From Candidatus Heimdallarchaeota archaeon (lineage in GTDB: Archaea > Asgardarchaeota > Heimdallarchaeia > Heimdallarchaeales > Kariarchaeaceae), in the NCBI GenBank assembly GCA_027077875.1, contig JALWRB010000313.1, positions 1 to 52,924 on the forward strand: DNA of 52,924 nt, given 5' to 3'. Made by a program: the position numbers and the translations under genes. Positions 36,259-45,800 of the stretch are shown here, one piece after another (position 1 is the stretch's first letter; every line of letters starts with the position of its first letter). The notes under the pieces were generated by a model. The model ran no database searches. It was not told where the DNA came from and worked only from the letters and a program-made list of their open reading frames with translations.

Positions 36259-36309
36259 GTGTATAATAACAAACAATTGATAAAGAAAAGTACTCTAAGA
36301 TATTTTGAA

Positions 36310-36648
36310 CTCATCCCCTCACCCGGGAAAAACTAGACGGTCTACTTGGGCTAGACTCGAAACCGCATGTGCTCAATAGCGGGTCGATGTGGTACGTCGC
36401 GGGGGAAACTGAAAGAGGAGGTGAGCCCCAGACGAGCGTTGAAGCATGGTCTCCTAAAGGCTTGTTCGATCGGATGTTCCTTCCGTAGGGAAGGTTCGGA
36501 AGATTAATCCAACAAAGGATCAGGCATGGAAATGAGCAGTCCACTGGGAGTTCAGGTCGCTTAGGAATCACTGTGTGGAGCTTTACTGGGGTAAGCCAAT
36601 TCTGGATGACCCACAAGCGTATCCGTTCCTAGAGGGTGGGTGGACGAG
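36310..36648 (+). ncRNA. ffs: Archaeal signal recognition particle (7S) RNA
   Basis: Helix 8: GGAU-CAGG-CAU-GGAA-AUG-AGCA-GUCC (36517-36542). Helix 6: CCUUCC-GUAG-GGAAGG (36479-36494). Long helix 5 (e.g. CCCCAG/CUGGGG, GUACG/CGUAU). Alu loops UUGGGC (36346-51) and GCUCAA (36371-76) are complementary. Helix 2: 36333-40/36623-32. Terminal helix 1: 36310-24/36634-48. Ends are approximate. Confidence 0.93.
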
Positions 36649-36751
36649 GGAATTCCAATTAATGCTGTACTCGGTCAAATTTACGGGAAGAATACGATCG
36701 AAAAACCTGAAGACTTTAATTACCCAAAAGGTCGTTTGATTTGAATTTTCA

Positions 36752-38896
36752 ATGACTTTAAACAAGAAGTTCCCCCAGAGAATCTCACGGCTAGCAGAGC
36801 TCTCTACCAACCTCTGGTGGAGTTGGGATCATCGAGGAAGATCGTTATTCAGGAATCTTGATTACCCCATGTGGATGGAAATGAAGCATAATGTCATGGG
36901 AATTCTCAACAACATCGATGAGAAGACCCTAGAGGAGAAGGCAGAAGACCCCCAGTTCCAGAGCCAGTACAACGAGGTGATGAGAGCCTTCGACGACTAT
37001 CGTAAGCTTGAGAATCGGTGGTACGCGAAGAACATCGCCCCAAATACATCTATTGGACTTGAGCACCCAGTAGCATATTTCTCTTTCGAGTTCGGACTTC
37101 ACCAGTCACTTCCTATCTACTCGGGAGGTCTGGGTGTACTGGCAGGGGATATCTGTAAAGAATCCTCGGACCTAGGTCTCCCGTTTGTAGCGGTAGGCTT
37201 CTTCTACAAAGAGGGGTACTTTACACAGAGAGTTCCCCCTCATGGATGGCAGGAATCAGACTTCATCGAGACAGAATTGGATGACCTCCTAATTCTCCCC
37301 GTGATGGATGGAGATGAAAGGATGAAGCTTAGGGTCAAGCTTGCAGATTCAGAGGTGTGGATCCAAGTATGGTTAGTAAACGTGGGGAATGTCAAACTTT
37401 ACCTGATGGACACCGATATCGATGACAACGACCCATGGTTCAGAGGGCTTACTGCAAGACTATATGGCGGTGACCACAACATGAGACTCCATCAGGAGAT
37501 GCTCTTCGGAATTGCAGGGGTCTCATTATTGGAAAAGCTTGGGGTCCAACCTTCAGTATGGCACCTTAATGAGGGGCATTGCAGTTTCATCTCTATCGAG
37601 AGGATATCTAGGTTGACAAGAAATGGAACCAGTTTCGAGAAAGCACTCGCAGATGTCAGAGCCACCACGATATTCACCACACACACACCTGTTCCCGCTG
37701 GTCACGACCGCTTCGACATCGACCATGTAGCCCAAAAGATGCAGGACAAGATCACCGAACTTGGAATTAGTAGAGAGGAGTTTCTCAAGCTGGGTATAAA
37801 ACCCGATGGAGACCAGCGTCTCTTCAACATGACGGTGTTGGGTATCAAGACCGCTCACCTTGTGAACGGGGTGAGCAAGCTCCATACAAAGGTCACCGAA
37901 GAGATGTGGAAGACCCTGCTTGAGGAATACAACGATAGGACTAAGCTAATTGACATAACCAACGGGGTACACCTCCCGACCTTCTTATCAGGACCGATGA
38001 GAAGATTATATGACAAGTACCTCGGTGAGGACTGGGTGGATAAGCAGGACGATAAGGAGCTTTGGAAGCAGGTTGAGAGTATCCCCGATGATGAATTCTG
38101 GGAGGTCAGACTTCAGGTCAAGAAGAGATTGCTGGAGCAGATACGCGAGACAGCTAGACAATTGCGGAAAAACGGGGACATGGGTGCAGATCAAATCTTG
38201 GCCTATGGCGTTTTTCTCAATCCAGAGGCACTCACAGTGGGCTTCGCCCGAAGGTTTGCTACATACAAACGCGCAAATCTCATTTTCAGCGATCTCTCAC
38301 GAGTACGGAAGCTGTTCAATGACAAGTACCATCCCCTCCAGCTCATCTTTGCAGGGAAGGCACATCCTGCGGACGAGCCCGGGAAGCACCTCTTGCAGAA
38401 GGTATATGAGCAAGCCATGGATAAGGCGAATTCAGGCAGAGTTGCTTTTATCGAGAACTACGACATGCACATCGCTCGCTTTCTTGTGCAGGGAGTTGAT
38501 GTATGGCTGAACAATCCGATCCGTCCCTACGAAGCTTCCGGGACATCAGGTATGAAGGCAGCGGCAAATGGAGTCCCACATCTCTCTACTCTTGACGGAT
38601 GGTGGGCTGAAGGATTCGTCGGAGACAATGGATGGGTGATTGGAGATGGTAAGGAGTTTGAGGATAGGGAAGAGCAGGACGCACACGATGTCAATTCCCT
38701 CTATGATATCCTCGAGAATGAAGTCGTGCCCATGTACTACGATATGGAAGACGGGATTTCTAAGAGATGGGTCCGAATAGCTAAACGATCTGTCGCTGAG
38801 GCCATCCCGAACTTCTCTGCCACAAGAATGATCAAGGACTATGTCCACAAAATGTACGTACCGACCATCAGGAATTTTGAGAAGATCAACTCATAA
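36752..38896 (+). CDS. glgP: Alpha-glucan (glycogen/maltodextrin) phosphorylase
   Basis: VAYFSFEFGL..SLPIYSGGLGVLAGD, HLNEGH, FTTHTPVPAGHD, RRFATYKRA, FAGKAHP and the PLP site EASGTSGMKA. Confidence 0.96.
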   Translation: MTLNKKFPQRISRLAELSTNLWWSWDHRGRSLFRNLDYPMWMEMKHNVMGILNNIDEKTLEEKAEDPQFQSQYNEVMRAFDDYRKLENRWYAKNIAPNTSIGLEHPVAYFSFEFGLHQSLPIYSGGLGVLAGDICKESSDLGLPFVAVGFFYKEGYFTQRVPPHGWQESDFIETELDDLLILPVMDGDERMKLRVKLADSEVWIQVWLVNVGNVKLYLMDTDIDDNDPWFRGLTARLYGGDHNMRLHQEMLFGIAGVSLLEKLGVQPSVWHLNEGHCSFISIERISRLTRNGTSFEKALADVRATTIFTTHTPVPAGHDRFDIDHVAQKMQDKITELGISREEFLKLGIKPDGDQRLFNMTVLGIKTAHLVNGVSKLHTKVTEEMWKTLLEEYNDRTKLIDITNGVHLPTFLSGPMRRLYDKYLGEDWVDKQDDKELWKQVESIPDDEFWEVRLQVKKRLLEQIRETARQLRKNGDMGADQILAYGVFLNPEALTVGFARRFATYKRANLIFSDLSRVRKLFNDKYHPLQLIFAGKAHPADEPGKHLLQKVYEQAMDKANSGRVAFIENYDMHIARFLVQGVDVWLNNPIRPYEASGTSGMKAAANGVPHLSTLDGWWAEGFVGDNGWVIGDGKEFEDREEQDAHDVNSLYDILENEVVPMYYDMEDGISKRWVRIAKRSVAEAIPNFSATRMIKDYVHKMYVPTIRNFEKINS

Positions 38897-38934
38897 TCAG
38901 CATCATTATTAATTCTGGATTTCCTCTTGAGGTA

Positions 38935-40410
38935 TTGACTTTTACTCGATCAAGCGGAATACTGCTGCATCCGACAAGTCTTCAATCCAAGTACGGTATA
39001 GGGGATTTAGGAGAGGAATTGAGGAAATTCATTAACCTCCTTGAAATCTCAGACCAGAAGCTCTGGCAGATCCTGCCTCTCGGCCCTACAGGGTACGGAG
39101 ACTCCCCCTACCAAGCACTCTCGTCATATGCAGGAAACCCACTACTCATATCCATCGACGAGCTGATAACTGAGGGGTTACTCACTGAAGAGGATGTCCA
39201 TCCTATCCCTAATTTCCCCAAGGATGAGGTTGATTTTGGCTGGGTGATCCACTACAAGACCACACTCTTCAAGAAAGCATTTGAAAGATTTGTTGAGAAT
39301 ATCCCCGATGCGTTTGAAGAGTACTGTGCCAAGAGCATGTGGCTAGAGGATTTCGCGACCTACAACGCTCTGAAGGAATTCCATGATCTAAAGCCTTGGA
39401 ATGAGTGGCCTTCTGAGCACCGTGACCCAAACAATCCAGCAGTCGCTAAATGGAAACTGGAGAATGGAGAAAAAATCCTCTATATCAAATTCCTCCAGTA
39501 TACGTTTGAGAAACAGTGGACAGCAATCAGAGATTATGCGAATTCCCGGGGAATACGGATTATTGGGGATATCCCAATTTACGTAGCATATGACAGTGCG
39601 GAGACATGGGGGAATAGGGAACTCTTCCTCCTCGATGAAAACGGCCTACCAAAATTTGTCTCCGGAGTTCCACCTGATTACTTCTCTGCCACAGGACAGC
39701 TCTGGGGCAATCCTATCTACAGGTGGGATGTCATGGGAGAAAGGGGATACAGGTTCTGGATAGACAGAATCAAACGATCACTTGAGCTTGTGGACTACCT
39801 CAGGATAGACCACTTCATCGGCTTTACCAGATACTGGCAGATCCCTTACGGAGAAGAGACTGCAATAAATGGAGAGTGGAAGCCCGGCCCTGGAGAGAGG
39901 TTGTTCTCCGCAGTCAAAGAGGATTTGGGAGAGATACCCCTAATTGCCGAGGACTTGGGTCTTGTCACAGAGGCTGTCATCGAATTAAGGAAGAAATTCG
40001 CTTTCCCAGGGATGAAGATCCTTCAGCATGGTTTCAGCCATGATAGGGACTCAAGCAATATCCATCTTCCGCACAACTACGAGAAGGACTTTGTGGTGTA
40101 CACGGGTACCCATGATAATGAGACAGCTGTGCAGTGGTTTACATCAGCTGACCGGGAGGTCAGGGATCACTTCATCAGCTATACAAACTCAAACCAAGTC
40201 GATTTTGTGGGAGATATGATCAGACTTGCAATGCAGTCGGTCGCTGTCTTTGCAGTCTTCCCGCTACAAGATATTCTGCGACTACCTAAATCTGCAAGGA
40301 TGAACCTCCCGGGAACAGCTTCGGGAAATTGGAAGTGGAGGGTGAGGGAGATACAGTTAAAGTACTTCGACCAGCTCAAAGAGTTCGCTAATCTTTATGC
40401 CCGCGCTTAA
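38935..40410 (+). CDS. malQ: 4-alpha-glucanotransferase (amylomaltase, GH77)
   Basis: RSSGILLHPTSL, WQILPLGPT, IIGDIPIYV, GVPPDYFSATGQLWGNP, RIDHF, IAEDLG, YTGTHDN and MNLPG. TTG start after GAGGT. Confidence 0.96.
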   Translation: MTFTRSSGILLHPTSLQSKYGIGDLGEELRKFINLLEISDQKLWQILPLGPTGYGDSPYQALSSYAGNPLLISIDELITEGLLTEEDVHPIPNFPKDEVDFGWVIHYKTTLFKKAFERFVENIPDAFEEYCAKSMWLEDFATYNALKEFHDLKPWNEWPSEHRDPNNPAVAKWKLENGEKILYIKFLQYTFEKQWTAIRDYANSRGIRIIGDIPIYVAYDSAETWGNRELFLLDENGLPKFVSGVPPDYFSATGQLWGNPIYRWDVMGERGYRFWIDRIKRSLELVDYLRIDHFIGFTRYWQIPYGEETAINGEWKPGPGERLFSAVKEDLGEIPLIAEDLGLVTEAVIELRKKFAFPGMKILQHGFSHDRDSSNIHLPHNYEKDFVVYTGTHDNETAVQWFTSADREVRDHFISYTNSNQVDFVGDMIRLAMQSVAVFAVFPLQDILRLPKSARMNLPGTASGNWKWRVREIQLKYFDQLKEFANLYARA

Positions 40411-42802
40411 CCAAGATGAGGATACCCACTAAACCGATTGATGGGAAGACTGTTGTGGAGGTTGTGCTAGAAGGTTCATTCACAGTCACATCCTTTCCCT
40501 TATAGGATATATCAACAGTGACAGAAATCTGATTACCGTATACATCAGTAGCAACGATCGTAAAGGTGTACATCCCAGTGAGCATCTCGGGATCGTAGTA
40601 ACTGAGTTTTCCAGAGTTACTACGCTCAAAGACCACTGTGGAGTTCAGAACCAATTGGATTTTGAGCAATCCCACATTGTCGGTCGCATTGGCCTCTATC
40701 TCGATCACACCGGACACCACACCACTTGGTACATTGACTGTAAGCTCTGGTGGATCGAGATCTACTGGGACTTCCTCTTCGGGGGCTACAGCATCCAAGA
40801 CAAGTTGGAACTTCTCAGATTCTGAAACATCACCGAGGTAGATCTGACCTGCAACCGCGAACAGATCATTACCCACAATATATGCGTCCTTGTTCCCCCG
40901 TGCATTGATCACTCCGACCTTGGCACCTGAGAGGGTGAATTCTAATAGGTTTGATTCCCTCTTAGAGACAAACCCGGTTTGTCCCTTCAGGTACTCACTT
41001 CCGTCGTTGAAGCTGAAGGTACTGTAGAATGGCATAGAATCACCCCTCGTGTTTGTTACCTCGTAGTCTACGACAAGTCTACCTCCAGACACGGAGAAGG
41101 TCTTTCTCACGCTTGCGTCCGTCGACGAGTATGAGAAGGTGAGACTACTCCCCATAGATTTGGAGTAGGAGCTCTTAGCGAAGTTCGTGGTAAAGTTGTA
41201 CCGTGGGAAATCAACGAATGAACCCTGCCTGATGAAGAAGTCTTTGGTCGATCTTCCCCAGAACCCCGAGATCTCACCGGGATACTGGAGGAAGTTACTG
41301 TGTCTGGATTCTACGTAAGAAGCAGGAGCTTCATTGTAGAGTAGAACCTGTTGGAGGTCCCGGTTGAACCATGCAATAAGTCTACCTCCCGATGGGGAGA
41401 AGACGTAGAAATCGGTTGGTGTACTCAGCACGACTTCAGAGAAGGTGTCGCCATCAAGATCAACGGAATAAATGCTGACTTCCGATGGTTGGTTGACAGC
41501 CCATTTGATCCCTTCAAGACCGATCCCAACCTCCTTGGTTCTGGACCACCACCAGAAATTGCAACCCCAGCATCCGAATTCGAACTGATTGGCGGAGTAA
41601 ACATATTTCATGACCTCGTAAATCCGAGATGCCAACAGGTTCTGTCCGACGGTGTCCCGTGCCTCAAACATCCATGATCGTGCTTTGCCAAAGTCCGTTC
41701 TGAATTCCTTGAGGAAGGAAGCTGTATCTTGCCACTCTTTCCATGAGCTATATCCATTCTGGACAGCAAGCTGCTTCATCCACATTGCCTCACCAAAAGG
41801 GATGTTAAGATGCTCGAAGGAGTAGTTCCTCTTCTTGAGATTTTTAACAATGTCCGATGGGTGCGATATTTGTAACCAAGAACTCTCCTCTTCTAGACGA
41901 GAGAGCAGTTCATCTAATCTTTGTGCAACATTATCGAGGGTGTCTGTATTCCTCTCCTCCTGCCAGAGCCCCCAAGCCTCCATGTCCTGAGCGTAGACAA
42001 CAGCTTTCTCATCGCCTGTATCAGAATCGTACACATCCTTGAGGTAGTTGACCAGGTCATTTAATGTCCGATCCATAAACGCAGTTGGATCCTCGTTCTT
42101 AGGTCCCTCCTGAATGATGTCCACCAGTCCAGGCTCTCCAGAAGTGTCATTCATTATCAGATCACGATCGTCGGAGAGGATGTACAGCGGGTCATTTGGA
42201 TCACCTGTTGACCGGACAAGATGCTCGTCTGTCCCTGTCTCCTTGGCAATGATGTGGTCCTCAACAAAGGTGATGTTGTACCCACCACTTTTAATCAGAG
42301 GAGGCATGATATCCGGATCCCATACACGTTCTGGATTCCAGAAGACAGTAGGGGATACACCGAAGGTCTCATTGAGTATTTTCCGGTGAATCTCCATCCC
42401 CACTTGGTTGTCGAAATCACCCCCAGATGTGTCTCCTGATCCCACGGGATAGTTTGAGTAGGGCACGTTTTGCATGTATGTCGATCCGACGAGCTCGTAC
42501 TGCCCGCTCTTCACACCACTTGATATGTAGTCGATGGTATCCCTCGACAAGAACTTAAGAGTCGAGATCAATGTCCCAGATACGTGGAGTGTTAGGTTAA
42601 AATTTGGGTGGTTGTTGAAGACCTCAAGTACCCTCCTATAATTCAGATCATTCGCCACATCTCCGTAGGGCACTAGTGCCTGATTTGCATGGAGGAGAAA
42701 TACGAAGTCAAGCTTACGATTACTAGCCTGAGTTTCAACTGACACCACCGGAGTACTGAGAAATAGCAGTACTAAAACTGGGACTGTAATTGATCTCACC
42801 AT
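40388..42802 (-). CDS. Secreted/anchored divergent GH57 glycoside hydrolase (alpha-amylase/4-alpha-glucanotransferase-like) with C-terminal beta-sandwich and Ig domains
   Basis: Signal peptide. GH57 regions LHANQA, GQYELVGS, WNPERVW (nucleophile Glu) and QDMEAWG (acid/base Asp). DLDGD..EV..GGRL region resembles the C-domain of Thermococcus-type GH57 glucanotransferases. S/T linker, hydrophobic tail and KR. Confidence 0.8.
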   Translation of the reverse strand: MVRSITVPVLVLLFLSTPVVSVETQASNRKLDFVFLLHANQALVPYGDVANDLNYRRVLEVFNNHPNFNLTLHVSGTLISTLKFLSRDTIDYISSGVKSGQYELVGSTYMQNVPYSNYPVGSGDTSGGDFDNQVGMEIHRKILNETFGVSPTVFWNPERVWDPDIMPPLIKSGGYNITFVEDHIIAKETGTDEHLVRSTGDPNDPLYILSDDRDLIMNDTSGEPGLVDIIQEGPKNEDPTAFMDRTLNDLVNYLKDVYDSDTGDEKAVVYAQDMEAWGLWQEERNTDTLDNVAQRLDELLSRLEEESSWLQISHPSDIVKNLKKRNYSFEHLNIPFGEAMWMKQLAVQNGYSSWKEWQDTASFLKEFRTDFGKARSWMFEARDTVGQNLLASRIYEVMKYVYSANQFEFGCWGCNFWWWSRTKEVGIGLEGIKWAVNQPSEVSIYSVDLDGDTFSEVVLSTPTDFYVFSPSGGRLIAWFNRDLQQVLLYNEAPASYVESRHSNFLQYPGEISGFWGRSTKDFFIRQGSFVDFPRYNFTTNFAKSSYSKSMGSSLTFSYSSTDASVRKTFSVSGGRLVVDYEVTNTRGDSMPFYSTFSFNDGSEYLKGQTGFVSKRESNLLEFTLSGAKVGVINARGNKDAYIVGNDLFAVAGQIYLGDVSESEKFQLVLDAVAPEEEVPVDLDPPELTVNVPSGVVSGVIEIEANATDNVGLLKIQLVLNSTVVFERSNSGKLSYYDPEMLTGMYTFTIVATDVYGNQISVTVDISYKGKDVTVNEPSSTTSTTVFPSIGLVGILILVKRGHKD

Positions 42803-42834
42803 GTATGGGGTTGAATTATAAATTAAGTATATTT

Positions 42835-45800
42835 CTATCTATGAGGATTCCAAAGCCGTTTTCGAATTATTGGGACTGCTGCGAATACAATCAACATCGG
42901 GACAAGTAGGAGAGGGGAATCTTTGGTTGATGATTCGCCAGAGGTACTGACAACCGGTGCCTTCACACTGACTGTGAAGGTATCAGAATATCCCTCGTTA
43001 CCGTTATCGTCAAATCCTACAACCACGATACTAAGCTCATCACCGTCATTGAATTTCCCGATTATACCCGACCATGAGTTCGAGCTACCATCCTTGAGAC
43101 TCAGGCTGGAATTCGTGCTCGACCCTCCGTTCACCGATACCATAGCTCGGGCTCCTGCGAGGTGAGCATCCGTGATGGTGGCAGTGATCGAGAGAAACTC
43201 CCCGGGGACCGGGGGACTTGGATCCGTACTGACATCGGTTATTATTGGAGCGAACCCATCGACGACCACAATGGTATAGTTGTACATGGCAAAATTGCCT
43301 ACTGTATCTCCCAATCTAATTGAGACATCGTGGGTACCCTCGGTGAGGAAGAACTCCACATAGTTTTTCTCCTTGGCAGAGATTCCAATGAGTTTCCCAT
43401 TCTCGAATGCCCATATACCCCCTAGACCTGATTTCTCATCAACAGTGAACGATGCATTCACAACAGCACCTGTCTCGGTGTTCGTACCCACGGTAGTAGA
43501 AGGCTGGTCATTGAACATCGTGGAGAGAACGATCGGAGCATCGAAGTCGTATATCCCAGTTATACCCTCACCTACAGCAGTTATCTCCGCTGGGGTTGGG
43601 GGGTTTTCCTTGTAGTTTGAGAGCATTGCAAGCTGATCGACAGCAGGAGGGGTGAGCACGTCGATTACGTTGGGATCGGAGTCACTGTCAGACTGTCCAC
43701 CAAGCTTGTACTCCGCAGCGTCTTTTCCAGTTGGCCGGATGTTGTTCGTTGAGAATCCGTCATTCGAGACCGTCGCCACGACGAAACCCATTGTGTTGTC
43801 CACGGTAAACCCGATGGCGTCGTCCGAGACGGTGATTCTCACGAAACCTTCATTGGGATCGACTACCATCCGCATGTTCACACCCGCCGAAGCTGCGGTT
43901 CTGGTGGGGAATCCATCATCGTTAAGCTCTGGGGAGTAGAACGACCATGAAACTTCCCAGCCACCTGCTTGCATAGCCCATTCGTAGGCGCTGAACTCGT
44001 CAATGTTGGTTGATGATCCCTCGATGCCAACAGTCCCTCCAGAACCAGGTATTCTGTCCTGATCGATATAGATGAGGATGCCAGGATGGGATAATCCGTA
44101 TGGAGAACCCCACGGATTAGTGATTGTGTCAATTCCGACTTGGAAGATTGTCTCACCCTTGGCGGAGTCGTGGTATACAGAGAATCCTGTGAGATCGAAG
44201 AGTCCCTTGTAGGGCTCGAAGGCAGCGTTGGTACCATACTGGAGACCACCCTGACTCCCGACAGGACCTGCGGCACCTGTTTCGTCGCCGACTGGATCGT
44301 CATACTCAAAGATCAAGTCGCCACTCACACCAGCTGGAGGGAGTGACAGTTTAATAGGTCCATCGTTCGGAGCGAAGTCAACTGGAGCAACTGCAGAGAG
44401 TGATATATTGGATGCTGCGACCTCGAAGCCAAACTGAAGTGAGGTCTCAGGTCCTGCAGCGAGTGCATCTACGGGTATGGATATCTCCACAAAATCTCCG
44501 AAAGCCACCTCCGCACTGGCTGTAGCTTTCACCCATGTCTCGCTACCCGACGCATTGAACACAGAAACGGTCGCAGAACCGGATACAATTGTTGACAGAT
44601 TGACCCCAATCTCATATGCGATAGGGAATCCAGGTGATGGAGACGTGTCAGTGCCAAACCGGGTACGGATATTGGTAGGAACATCCCCCTGACCCGAGAC
44701 ATATATTCCGAAGAAGACATTTGTCCAAGTTGTACCTATATCTATGAAGGAGCTCGGATCCATTCGGATGTAAACACTGGTTTCTGGGGCCCCATACCCT
44801 ATGTAGATATCGCTGATTACATTATTGGGATCCGCACCGGACTCAGTCGCACCACCGTCAGGATCTCGGAGCCAGCCAGCATTGTCCCACTCATCAGGAC
44901 TGGTAAGTACCCCGTCAATTGTTACAGGAACTTCACCTGCAGGGTTGCGTTCATACGACGATAGTGGTTTGAGCTGCTCGAAGAGGAACGGTTTCTCGCT
45001 CAGTAGCTGGTCTGATGTCTTGCCTGCCCAATAATACGCAGACCGTAGCAATGACTTGAAAGCCCAATCGAACTTCTCATCGTTACCTGAGTCCTGATCT
45101 GCACCAGCCCACCAGAACCAGTCCGAACCTTCTGCGAGGTAGATGTTTTCCCAAGCATTGGCCCGAGCTGTAGAATTGAGAGTTGCATTGACCGAAACAA
45201 CGAAGCTCCTTGCATCAATCAGCTCGTCCCAGTACCTGTTCTCAAGATCTTCACCGATCCATGTTGTGAAATCACCACTGATCCATGAGCCAGTCTGCAA
45301 GGTGTGATCTACAGTGGGGGCTTCAGTAGCTGCATTCTCGGCAATAAACTTGGAGACTGTTGTGGTCTTGAGCCATCCATCGTTCTGGGCCTGTACAATA
45401 GCATCGTAAAGTCCCTCCCTGAATGGGATGGCATCATCAGGGTACCACTCCCATGCATTTTCTCCGTCCATTCCTAGTGTAGCAAGCCTAATCTCACCGT
45501 CGTCCTTGAAGGTAGTGTACTTCCTGTAGAGTACATTCATGAAGTCCTCGACAGCCTCGGTTTGGTTAGAGTAGGATGCGTAGTTGAACCCTACCTTGTC
45601 ACTCAACTCTGTGTCGTCGTAGACGAAGTACATAGAGTTAGATGCTCCATCATCGACCTTGTAAAGTCGGTTCAGGTCAGCTTCTGATGAGGTTCTTCCA
45701 GGCACCTTATTGAGCTGCTCAGGTGCGGTGATAGACCAGTTGATGTTGTACTTCTGGTAGTGGGAGATTAGGTCAGGGGACACTGCCTGCTCGGGGGACC

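Noticed and set aside
36507-36520. ATCC-AACAAA-GGAT hairpin that could be a eukaryote-like SRP helix 7
   Set aside because: GGAU is needed for helix 8 (pairs with GUCC) and CCA pairs with UGG at 36545-47, giving the normal asymmetric loop.
36311-36616. 101-aa minus-strand ORF and the adjoining 36583-36810 ORF
   Set aside because: They lie antisense to the SRP RNA, whose structural motifs explain the sequence. No protein motifs.
40388-40410. 23-bp 3' overlap of malQ and the GH57 gene (also a 4-bp overlap at 20841-20844)
   Set aside because: Short convergent overlaps are common in compact archaeal genomes.
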